Assembly (NCBI GenBank): GCA_937998355.1
Contig: CALLDI010000011.1
Span: 139,100 to 203,099, forward strand
Source of the DNA: an uncultured Eggerthella sp.
Lineage (GTDB): Bacteria; Actinomycetota; Coriobacteriia; Coriobacteriales; Eggerthellaceae
Reading direction: 5' to 3'
Length of the DNA: 64,000 bases
Both the position numbers and the translations under genes were made by a program. A model generated the notes under the pieces. It had not been told where the DNA came from and searched no databases. It saw nothing but the letters and a program-made list of their open reading frames with translations. Positions 1-8,224 of the stretch are shown here, one piece after another (position 1 is the first letter of the stretch; every line of letters begins with the position of its first letter).

Positions 1-1
1 T

Positions 2-589
2 CCTTTCGAGGACCCGGCTGCGACGCTCATTCCTGAGGTCACCACCATCACGCCCGGGCTCATGGCGGCAGCGGGCGGTTCGAGCTCGACGGTCGGATCG
101 GGCGGCATGATCACGAAGATCCGTGCTGCACGCGTCCTCATGGCGGCAGGCATCGATATGGTCATCTGCCAGGGGCGCAACGAGGAAAGCCTCGTGCAGC
201 TGGCTGAGGGGGAAGCGGTCGGTACGCGCTTCTCGCCGCAGGGGATCGCTCACGATATCACCCCCAAGAAGCTGTGGATCGCGCTCGGCGATACGGCGAA
301 AGGTTCGGTCGTCATCGATGCGGGAGCTCATGAAGCGCTCGTCTCGCGTGGTTCGTCGCTTCTGGCAGTGGGCGTGCGCGGTGTCGAGGGAAGCTTCGTG
401 CGCGAAGACATCATCGACATCATCGACGAGGGTGGCCATATCGTAGCCCGTGGCAAGGCGGGTGCATCCTCATCCGAGATCGCGCTGGCATGCGGGCGTA
501 GTCAAAAAGAGATCAAGAGCAACGAGCTGCTGAAGAACCTCGCTCAGCATCCCGTCGTTCATCGAGATGAATTAGTGGTTTTCGAGTAA
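2..589 (+). CDS. proB: Glutamate 5-kinase, C-terminal part with PUA domain (5' truncated by window)
   Basis: VGSGGMITKIRAA motif, K.WI and PUA-like SLL.VG...VVHRDEL tail; directly upstream of proA. Confidence 0.93.
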   Translation, partial: PFEDPAATLIPEVTTITPGLMAAAGGSSSTVGSGGMITKIRAARVLMAAGIDMVICQGRNEESLVQLAEGEAVGTRFSPQGIAHDITPKKLWIALGDTAKGSVVIDAGAHEALVSRGSSLLAVGVRGVEGSFVREDIIDIIDEGGHIVARGKAGASSSEIALACGRSQKEIKSNELLKNLAQHPVVHRDELVVFE

Positions 590-599
590 GCGAGATTTC

Positions 600-1862
600 A
601 TGAGCGGTTTAGCAAGACAAGCTGCCCAAGCAGCACGGCAGGCGTCGATCGTCCTTTCGCAGGCGAGCGAGGAAAAGCGCAACGAAGCGCTGTTCGCGAT
701 GGCTAGCGCGCTGCGCGAACGTACGGACGAGGTGCTTCGTGCGAATGTGCGCGACATGGAGGCTGCGCGTGAAAAGGGTACGAAGGAGAGCTTGCTCGAT
801 CGCCTCATGCTGGATGGGGGGCGCATCGAAGCTATCGCGGATGCGCTCGAATCGTTAGCCGATCTGCCCGACCCGACGGGTACGGTGCTCGAAGAGCGCG
901 TGCTCTATAACGGGCTCGCGCTCACGCGCGTCACTGTGCCGCTCGGCGTGGTGGCCATGGTCTACGAAGCGCGCCCGAACGTGACCGTCGATGCGGCGGG
1001 CATCTGCGTGAAATCGGGCAATGCGTGCGTGCTGCGCGGTGGATCGCTTGCCATACATTCTGCGGTCGCGCTCGGCGCGGTCTTGCGCGATGCGCTCGAG
1101 GGCGTGGGGCTGCCGAAGGATTGCGTGGTGGTCATCGATTCGACGGACCGTGCGGTCACTGACGAACTGTTCACCTTGCGCGAGCTGATCGACGTGCTCA
1201 TCCCGCGTGGTGGTGAAGGCCTCATCCGTCATTGCGTCGAGCATTCGCTCGTGCCGGTCATCGAGACGGGAACGGGCAATTGTCACGTCTATATCCACGA
1301 ATCGGCCGATCTTTCGAAGGCCTATCCTATCGTGATGAATGCGAAGACCCAGCGCATCGGCGTGTGCAATGCGTGCGAATCGGTGTTGGTCGATCGTAGT
1401 ATTGCACGTGAATGCTTGCCCGAACTGCTCCAGCAGCTCGCGGGCGCGGGCGTGCGCATCCATGGCGATGGCTTGGTGGGAGAGATCGCCGCACAGCTCG
1501 ATATCGCCGTCGAGGCCGCAACGGAGCTCGATTGGGCCACCGAATACCTCGATATGGAGATCAGCATCAAGACCGTTGAGGGGCTGGACGAAGCGATCGC
1601 GCACATCAACCGCTACGGCACGCGGCATTCCGAGGCCATCGTCGCCGAAGACGAACAGGCGGCGCATGCTTTCGCACGTCAGGTGGACGCGGCGGCGGTC
1701 TATATCAACGCTTCCACGCGTTTCACCGATGGGGGCGAATTCGGTCTCGGTGCCGAGATCGGTATCTCGACCCAGAAGCTGCACGTGCGTGGTCCATTCG
1801 CGCTCGATGCGCTGACCACGTACAAGTACATCATCGAAGGCGAAGGCCAGGTGCGTGCGTAG
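600..1862 (+). CDS. proA: Gamma-glutamyl phosphate reductase
   Basis: YEARPNVT, CNACE, NASTRFTDGGEFGLGAEIGISTQKLH motifs. Confidence 0.97.
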   Translation: MSGLARQAAQAARQASIVLSQASEEKRNEALFAMASALRERTDEVLRANVRDMEAAREKGTKESLLDRLMLDGGRIEAIADALESLADLPDPTGTVLEERVLYNGLALTRVTVPLGVVAMVYEARPNVTVDAAGICVKSGNACVLRGGSLAIHSAVALGAVLRDALEGVGLPKDCVVVIDSTDRAVTDELFTLRELIDVLIPRGGEGLIRHCVEHSLVPVIETGTGNCHVYIHESADLSKAYPIVMNAKTQRIGVCNACESVLVDRSIARECLPELLQQLAGAGVRIHGDGLVGEIAAQLDIAVEAATELDWATEYLDMEISIKTVEGLDEAIAHINRYGTRHSEAIVAEDEQAAHAFARQVDAAAVYINASTRFTDGGEFGLGAEIGISTQKLHVRGPFALDALTTYKYIIEGEGQVRA

Positions 1863-2521
1863 TGCCCGTCATCAGCGAACGATTCGACGACCTGGGCAAG
1901 GACGACCCCGATACCATCTATCGTCTCGGTATCATGGGTGGTACGTTCGATCCTATCCACATGGGGCATCTGGTCTGCGCTGAGCAGGCGCGCGATGCGC
2001 TCAAGCTGGATGGCGTGTTGTTCATGCCCGCGGGAAATCCCGTCTTCAAGAAGCATATGAAGGTGACCGATGCGGCCGATCGCGTCGCGATGTGCCGTCT
2101 GGCCACGGCCGACAACCCGTATTTCGACGTGAGCACGCTCGAGGTCGATCGCGGGGGAGACACCTATACGGTCGACACGCTCGAGGCGCTGCGCGATCAT
2201 TTTCCCGCGAACGTGAAGCTCTATTTCATCGCGGGAGCCGATGCGATCGAGACGTTGCCCACATGGCGCGATGCGCGCAGGCTCTCCAAGCTGGCGAGCT
2301 TCGTCGGGCTCAATCGTCCTCGCAGCGCGAATCTGCGCAGCCCTCAGGTCGGGCAGAAGCTTCGTGCGGCAGGGTTTCGCACGTTGTTCGTCGAGGCGCC
2401 GCTCTTCGAACTCTCTTCGAGCGATATTCGCAAGCGAATTCTCGGTAACCGATCGGTAAGATATCTTATTCCGCCAGCGGTTTTAGAGTATATTGAATCT
2501 GTTGGACTTTACGGAGATTGA
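1862..2521 (+). CDS. nadD: Nicotinate-nucleotide adenylyltransferase
   Basis: GIMGGTFDPIHMGH (HxGH), YTVDTL, FIAGAD, SSSDIR motifs; nadD-yqeK-rsfS synteny. Confidence 0.95.
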   Translation: MPVISERFDDLGKDDPDTIYRLGIMGGTFDPIHMGHLVCAEQARDALKLDGVLFMPAGNPVFKKHMKVTDAADRVAMCRLATADNPYFDVSTLEVDRGGDTYTVDTLEALRDHFPANVKLYFIAGADAIETLPTWRDARRLSKLASFVGLNRPRSANLRSPQVGQKLRAAGFRTLFVEAPLFELSSSDIRKRILGNRSVRYLIPPAVLEYIESVGLYGD

Positions 2522-2524
2522 TCG

Positions 2525-3586
2525 ATGGCTTCTTTAGAATTGGCTCCCCTCGATCCTTCATCAGCTGAAGGTGGGGAAGAAAACTCAGAGAATATCTCTC
2601 ACGCGCGTCACGCGCGCGAGCAAGCGTTGCCCGATTATCATGAAGATTCGGGCGAATACGTCGCCGAAGCGAACGATGCGCCCGCATCCGTGAAGCCGCT
2701 ACCGCAACGTCCGAAGGGTCGTTCACGCCTGAGCGTCATCCATGCTGAAGACGATCCTCATTCCACCGAACCCATCCCGCGCATCCAGGCGGCGCGCGAA
2801 GCTCAGCTCGGCATCGCGACCGAGCGTGCGGGCAGAGAACGGGTCGCCATCGAAGACGCGAACAAGAAGGACATCAAGGCCTATCTCGCGTCGAACACCT
2901 TCAAATGCGCCAGCGCACGCGATCCAGAAGCGCTTTCGGAATACGCGTATGCGCCGACCGATAAGGGTCTCATCCTTTCGGTCGAGAAGCCGCTCAGCAA
3001 CACCAATTTCAAGCGCATGAAGGCGCTGCTGCGCAGGCGCGTCAAACCTTCGCGTTTCGTTCACAGCGTCATGGTCGCTGAAACGGCCGAGAAGATGGCG
3101 CTCGCCTATGGGGTCGATCCGCGCGTCGCGCGCATCGCGGGGTTGCTGCACGATTGGGATAAAGCGCTCTCGCCGAAGCGACTGCGCGATCGTATCGCTC
3201 GTTACCACCTCGACATCGATGGCCCGACGCAGATCAACATGCCACAGCTTCTGCATGGTCCCACTGCTGCAGCGGTGCTCGCAGATGAATTCCCTGAATT
3301 CGGGGAAGAGGTCTTTCAGGCGATCGAGCGCCATACCGTGGGCGGACTTCGCATGACGCCGCTCGACATGATCGTGTTCTGTGCCGATAAGCTCGAACCG
3401 GGCAATGACGTGCAAGTCTACCGCGATCTGTACGACCAGATCGGTCAGATCGGCCTGCGCGACCTGTTCTTGGCTGTACAGCGCGAAGGCCTCATCTATC
3501 TGTTGCGTTCGAATAGACCGCTCAACGTCGATGCGGTCGAAGTTTGGAATTTCTACTGCGCTGAACGTCAGCGCGATGGTGAATAA
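2525..3586 (+). CDS. yqeK: YqeK-family HD-domain hydrolase (symmetrical Ap4A hydrolase) with long N-terminal extension
   Basis: RFVHS..VA, AGLLHDWDK, LLHG, AIERHT.G, ADKLEP motifs; lies between nadD and rsfS. Confidence 0.88.
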   Translation: MASLELAPLDPSSAEGGEENSENISHARHAREQALPDYHEDSGEYVAEANDAPASVKPLPQRPKGRSRLSVIHAEDDPHSTEPIPRIQAAREAQLGIATERAGRERVAIEDANKKDIKAYLASNTFKCASARDPEALSEYAYAPTDKGLILSVEKPLSNTNFKRMKALLRRRVKPSRFVHSVMVAETAEKMALAYGVDPRVARIAGLLHDWDKALSPKRLRDRIARYHLDIDGPTQINMPQLLHGPTAAAVLADEFPEFGEEVFQAIERHTVGGLRMTPLDMIVFCADKLEPGNDVQVYRDLYDQIGQIGLRDLFLAVQREGLIYLLRSNRPLNVDAVEVWNFYCAERQRDGE

Positions 3587-3597
3587 GGAGTTATTCG

Positions 3598-4029
3598 ATG
3601 ACCGAGAAGCTTTCTGCTCGCGAGTGCGCTCTCATCGCTGCGAGGGCAGCCGATGAACACAAAGCGACCGATATCATGGTGCTCGAGGTGGGGCAGCTCG
3701 TGGATGTGACCGAGTATTTCGTCATCGCCACCGCGCGCAATACCCCTCATGTCGGTGCGATCCTCGAAGCGATGGAAGATGCGCTGCGCATCGAAGCGGG
3801 CGAGAAGCCCTTCTCGCGCGAGGAGACGAAGGATCATACGTGGGAATTGCTCGACTACGGCAACTTCGTCATCGATGTGTTCCAGCCTGAAGCGCGTGAA
3901 TACTATCGCTTGGAAACGCTGTGGAACGATGCTCCCATCGTGGATCTGGCTGAAGCGGGTATCGAGCATCCCGAATATTCCGAGCGCATCGCTCAGTTGG
4001 TCGAGAAGATGGAATCCGCCAAAGAATAG
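3598..4029 (+). CDS. rsfS: Ribosome silencing factor (Iojap family)
   Basis: KATDI.VL, YFVIAT, WELLDYG, REYYRLETLW motifs. Confidence 0.95.
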   Translation: MTEKLSARECALIAARAADEHKATDIMVLEVGQLVDVTEYFVIATARNTPHVGAILEAMEDALRIEAGEKPFSREETKDHTWELLDYGNFVIDVFQPEAREYYRLETLWNDAPIVDLAEAGIEHPEYSERIAQLVEKMESAKE

Positions 4030-4065
4030 CGAGCGAAAGAGCCCCTAATGGGCTGAATGGTCGAT

Positions 4066-4458
4066 CTAGCCTTCAAGACCGATGTCGTTGAAGTATTCCA
4101 GCCATTTCTCGAACGATTCATCGCTGATGGCGTGCTCCATCTGGCAGGCCTCTTCTTCTGCAGTCTCAGGATCGAGGCCGATCCTCTTGACGAGGAAGCG
4201 CGTGAGCATCTCGTGACGCTTCAGCACGGCGGAACCATATGCATAACCATCTTCCGTGAGCGTGATATCGCCGTAGAATGGCTGGTCGAGCAACCCTGCG
4301 GTCTTCAAGCTGGCGATGGCCTTCGATACCGATGCTTTGGAGACGTTCATCTTCGTGGCGACATCGACCGAACGAACGGGGTTCGAGGGCGAACCGCCCA
4401 GCATGACGATCGCTTCAAGATAATCTTCATGAGACATTGAGACTTTTTCGTTGCCCAC
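4066..4458 (-). CDS. DtxR/MntR-family metal-dependent transcriptional regulator (short form, no SH3/FeoA domain)
   Basis: SHEDYLEAI, VSKASVS, RHEML, EEEACQMEH metal-site motifs; GTG start at 4458 inferred from upstream purine-rich RBS. Confidence 0.9.
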   Translation of the reverse strand: MGNEKVSMSHEDYLEAIVMLGGSPSNPVRSVDVATKMNVSKASVSKAIASLKTAGLLDQPFYGDITLTEDGYAYGSAVLKRHEMLTRFLVKRIGLDPETAEEEACQMEHAISDESFEKWLEYFNDIGLEG

Positions 4459-4609
4459 GATACAACTCGCTTTCGGATATGGATTCATGCAAGAAGCGCG
4501 CATCGACACCGTTTTCCTGAAGATCGACCGTCGCTTCGAACAAAGGACTGATTGAGCATTATTGATAGTATACTGATTAACTGCAATAAAACCCTACGAA
4601 GGAACGCAG

Positions 4610-6151
4610 ATGATGCACAATCGTTATATTGATACGCGTGGAAATGTCGAAGAGCCGATCACGTTCACTGAAGCACTGGTGAAGGGGCTCGCACAAGGCG
4701 GCGGTCTGTTCGTCCCGCTCTCGCTTCCTTCGTTCACGCTCGACGAGATCGTCGCGATGGCCGATCTGCCGTATGCGAAACGCGCCGCGAAGATCTATCA
4801 GGCGTTCGGTACCGATCTCGATGACGAGACCATCGATCGTTTGATGCAGGCGACCTATGGAGCGGCCTTCGATACCGAAGAGATCTGCCCTATCACCTCG
4901 CTCGACGAGAACACGCATGTGCTCGAGCTGTGGCATGGCCCCACGAGCGCATTCAAAGATATGGCATTGCAATGCTTGCCGCATTTCTTCAGCGAGAGCG
5001 CTGCGAAATTGCGTCGCGAGGGCGTGATCGACAACACGTTCTTGATCCTGGTCGCCACGTCGGGCGATACGGGCAAGGCGGCGCTCGAGGGATTCAAGGA
5101 CATCGATGGTATCCAGATCGCGGTCATGTATCCCGATGGCGGTGTGAGCGACATCCAATACAAGCAGATGGCTACGCAAGATGGCGATAACGTCAACGTG
5201 TGGGCGGTCAGCGGGAACTTCGACGATTGCCAGACCGGCGCGAAGAACGTCTTCGATGATGCGGCGTTCAATGAAGGGCTCATGGCTGATCATAAGGTCG
5301 CGCTCTCAAGCGCTAATTCCATCAACTGGGGACGCTTATTGCCGCAGGTTGTCTACTATGTTTCCGCGTATGGTCAGCTGGTCGCGCAAGGTAAGATCGA
5401 AGCGGGCGACCCCATCGACGTATGCGTTCCGACCGGCAACTTCGGCAACATCTTGGCTGCGTGGTATGCCAAGCAGCTCGGGACTCCGATCGAGACGCTC
5501 TTCTGCGCGAGCAACGAGAACCGTGTCCTGACCGACTTCATCAATACGGGCACCTACGATATTCGCGACCGCGAGTTCGTGCTCACTCCGTCTCCTTCCA
5601 TGGATATCCTCGTCTCCTCCAATGTCGAACGTCAGCTCTTCGAGCTTTCGGGACGCAAGAGCGATGCCATCGCTTCCTGGATGAAGGACTTGAAGGAGAA
5701 CAAGGTCTTCAGCATCGATGACGCTACGCGCGAGAAGCTCCAGGCTGAATTCAAGGCAGATGCGGTCGATAGCGAGACCTGCTTGCGCACCATCAAAGCG
5801 GTGCTGGATGAATATGATTATCTCGTCGATCCGCATACTGCGGTGGCGATGAAGGTGGCGCAGGATCTTCGCGGTGAAAATCCTGTTCTGGTGGCTTCGA
5901 CGGCTCATTGGGCGAAGTTCGGCGATAGCGTCTACAAGGCGTTGAAGGGCCTTGCCCCTAGCGATGAGCTGCCAGCAGAGGTCGCTTCGTTGAGCGGATG
6001 TGCGCTCAACGATCTTATCGCGCAAGAAACGGGCCGAACGTCCATTCCGCGTGGGCTCGCGGAACTCGATTCGAAGCCCATTCGCTTCACCGAGGTCATC
6101 GAAGGGTCGACCCCTGCAATCGAAGCGGCGGTCGAGTCCTTCGTTCGCTAG
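4610..6151 (+). CDS. thrC: Threonine synthase
   Basis: ELWHGPTSAFKD (PLP lysine), ATSGDTG, SANSINWGR, PTGNFGN, DPHTAV. Confidence 0.96.
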   Translation: MMHNRYIDTRGNVEEPITFTEALVKGLAQGGGLFVPLSLPSFTLDEIVAMADLPYAKRAAKIYQAFGTDLDDETIDRLMQATYGAAFDTEEICPITSLDENTHVLELWHGPTSAFKDMALQCLPHFFSESAAKLRREGVIDNTFLILVATSGDTGKAALEGFKDIDGIQIAVMYPDGGVSDIQYKQMATQDGDNVNVWAVSGNFDDCQTGAKNVFDDAAFNEGLMADHKVALSSANSINWGRLLPQVVYYVSAYGQLVAQGKIEAGDPIDVCVPTGNFGNILAAWYAKQLGTPIETLFCASNENRVLTDFINTGTYDIRDREFVLTPSPSMDILVSSNVERQLFELSGRKSDAIASWMKDLKENKVFSIDDATREKLQAEFKADAVDSETCLRTIKAVLDEYDYLVDPHTAVAMKVAQDLRGENPVLVASTAHWAKFGDSVYKALKGLAPSDELPAEVASLSGCALNDLIAQETGRTSIPRGLAELDSKPIRFTEVIEGSTPAIEAAVESFVR

Positions 6152-6210
6152 GTCCTTCCAGAAAGGATCGAGCTTGCTCGTCTCCGAAGGCGTTCGTGCC
6201 TCGGAGGCTG

Positions 6211-6700
6211 TCAGAGCAACTTCACGGTGATCGATACTTCGAACTGTCGGCCTTCTCCGTCTGAGCAGATGTGATGCGAGGTCATCGCATCCTGCGCGTT
6301 CTCGCAATGTGCTCGAGGTGAGCAGGGTCGCACTGCTTCCGGTTTCTTCAGTCCTGGAATGTCGCGCATATGATCGAAGGGTGTGGGAGGAATTTCGCCC
6401 GCTCTTTCCTCTTCAAGTGACTCGTCTGGCGCGGGCATGGTGAATGGCTCGCTCGGACGTGCGTCGGTTCTCGTTTCTCTCTCGCTTTCGCCGTGATCCA
6501 TCTCTGGTCTTTTCTGCGCATGCGTCAGGTCTCGATCCATGATCGGAGTTCCGTCACCTTCGAAATGATGGAGGCAACCGAAGCACACCTCCATATCAGC
6601 GAAGCAGGTCGCACCGCAGATCGGGCAGATCTTGAATTCTTGCGCTTCAGGGATGGGGGGCTTCGGGGTCTTCGGGTCGCATTCCGTGAACTACTTTCAT
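6211..6700 (-). pseudogene. Double zinc-ribbon protein, frameshifted at a G6/C6 tract (6655-6660); last gene of the Tad operon
   Basis: AAGGAG RBS + ATG at 6700 gives MKVVHGMRPEDPEAPHP*; removing one C gives ...PEAPIPEAQEFKICPICGATCFADMEVCFGCLHHF continuing to the stop at 6211. Confidence 0.7.
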
Positions 6701-6799
6701 CTTCTTTCTCCTTTTCGTGACCGATCAGCATGATCGGTCGAGTCGTTCGTGGTCAGCCGATGTGGAGTGATCATGCTCTATCGGGTAGGTTTCTCGTGT

Positions 6800-7186
6800 C
6801 TAGGAGCGGCTGGCTTCAGGCGGAGCGAGCCTGAGGTGATCACCGCAGGTGAACCATGTGTCATCTTGAAAGACCGCCGGCATCTCGAGCACGCCGACCG
6901 CTCGATCGCATGAGCGCTTGCATCCTGGTGGCACGGAGGTCTCTGCGTCGATCACCACGCCTTCTCGGTCGAAGAACGCCACGTGGATGGGGTATTCCAT
7001 GCCGAAGGTGTGAATGCTGTGACACGGCGCGATCAAGAGCATCTGTGGTTCAGGTGGCGCACCGAGCAGGCCGCGCACGCGTTGCGAGAACGAACTCGCG
7101 ACGCCCATCTTGGGAAAGAGCGGCATCTCCTTTCTTTGCCAATCAGAAAGAGCTTGATCGATGGTCGTATGGTCTGACATGTTCAT
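6800..7186 (-). CDS. DUF192-like protein (Tad-locus associated)
   Basis: R.RGLLG, LLIAPCHSIHTFGM.YPI.VAFFD, VLE motifs. Confidence 0.8.
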   Translation of the reverse strand: MNMSDHTTIDQALSDWQRKEMPLFPKMGVASSFSQRVRGLLGAPPEPQMLLIAPCHSIHTFGMEYPIHVAFFDREGVVIDAETSVPPGCKRSCDRAVGVLEMPAVFQDDTWFTCGDHLRLAPPEASRS

Positions 7187-7223
7187 CTCCTTTGGTCGAG
7201 GTCGTCGATATGGTCTTAGCTCT

Positions 7224-7742
7224 TCAGTGGATGGTCGAGTCGATCAGTACGACCGTCTTCTTGTCCATCGAAAGGTACTGCACGATGAGACTGCGGTAGG
7301 TACCCGAGCTCTTCACGAAGCTCGTGATAGCCTGGTCGCTCGCTTGGAGCGATATCCATCCTTTCTGTTCGAGGGATCGCGCGCACGAAGCGCGCGCATC
7401 CTCGAGGGGGCCATCGTAGGTGAAGCTCATGGTCTCGCCCGATGCGTATGCTGCATCGAAGTCGTTCGGGTCGAGCGCTTCGGCCTGGAATTCGTCAGGT
7501 ATCTCGGTATCGAGCGAAAGGTCGAAACATGCGGCTGCGAGCACGCTCATGTTCGGATCATCGGATCTGATCGCTTCAAGGATCGAATCGGTGTCCTCAT
7601 CGCTCGCCACTTCAGGTGTTGCGAGCGCGTTCGCTTCATCCGGGTCCGCCGCAAGGAACGCATCGATGCTGAGGCATGCGCCAATGAGGATCGCGAGCAA
7701 GCCCGCGAACAGGCATATCTTGGTAAGTGCTGTTCTGGTCAT
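7224..7742 (-). CDS. Exported/membrane-anchored hypothetical protein of the Tad operon
   Basis: N-terminal hydrophobic segment (ICLFAGLLAILIG), acidic soluble domain; ATG overlaps the stop of the upstream gene. Confidence 0.7.
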   Translation of the reverse strand: MTRTALTKICLFAGLLAILIGACLSIDAFLAADPDEANALATPEVASDEDTDSILEAIRSDDPNMSVLAAACFDLSLDTEIPDEFQAEALDPNDFDAAYASGETMSFTYDGPLEDARASCARSLEQKGWISLQASDQAITSFVKSSGTYRSLIVQYLSMDKKTVVLIDSTIH

Positions 7743-8224
7743 AAGAACACTCCTGGTTTGTAGGCATCGACCGCGATCTGGGTCGTATGTTCGATCGGAG
7801 AGAGTGCAACGCCGAACACGCTTCTGAGCGGGTACGCTCCGAAGATCGTGGGCGTGAAGAAGATCGTGCCCGAGTAAACGACCATGCCGTCGCTTCGTCC
7901 ATTCGCTGAGACGCTGCAGGAAAGGTGATCCTTCTGCGTGAATCGATCGAGGCCTTCTTCGACTTGCGCGCAAATGCGATCGGAGGATTCGTCGCTCGCG
8001 GGAGAAGGGGCGAGCACGCTCACCGACTCGCGAAAGATGCGATCGAAAGCAGCGCATTCGGAGAGGAACAGAACGCTATTGAATGCGATGAGCGCGATGA
8101 CGAGCATGATGGGGAAGAGCACGACGAATTCGATCGTCATCTGGCCGCTCGTTCGTGTAGCGCAACGGACCGAAAGCGCGGGATCAACGCGTGATGAAGA
8201 ATGCGAGAACACGCTCATCTCCAC
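7739..8224 (-). CDS. TadE/TadF-like minor pilin (pseudopilin)
   Basis: G|QMTIEFVVLFPI prepilin cleavage motif followed by a hydrophobic helix. Confidence 0.82.
   Translation of the reverse strand: MEMSVFSHSSSRVDPALSVRCATRTSGQMTIEFVVLFPIMLVIALIAFNSVLFLSECAAFDRIFRESVSVLAPSPASDESSDRICAQVEEGLDRFTQKDHLSCSVSANGRSDGMVVYSGTIFFTPTIFGAYPLRSVFGVALSPIEHTTQIAVDAYKPGVFL

Noticed and set aside
6525..6731. 68-aa minus-strand ORF as a real gene
   Set aside because: It is an alternative frame across the frameshifted zinc-ribbon gene; the RBS supports ATG 6700 in a different frame.
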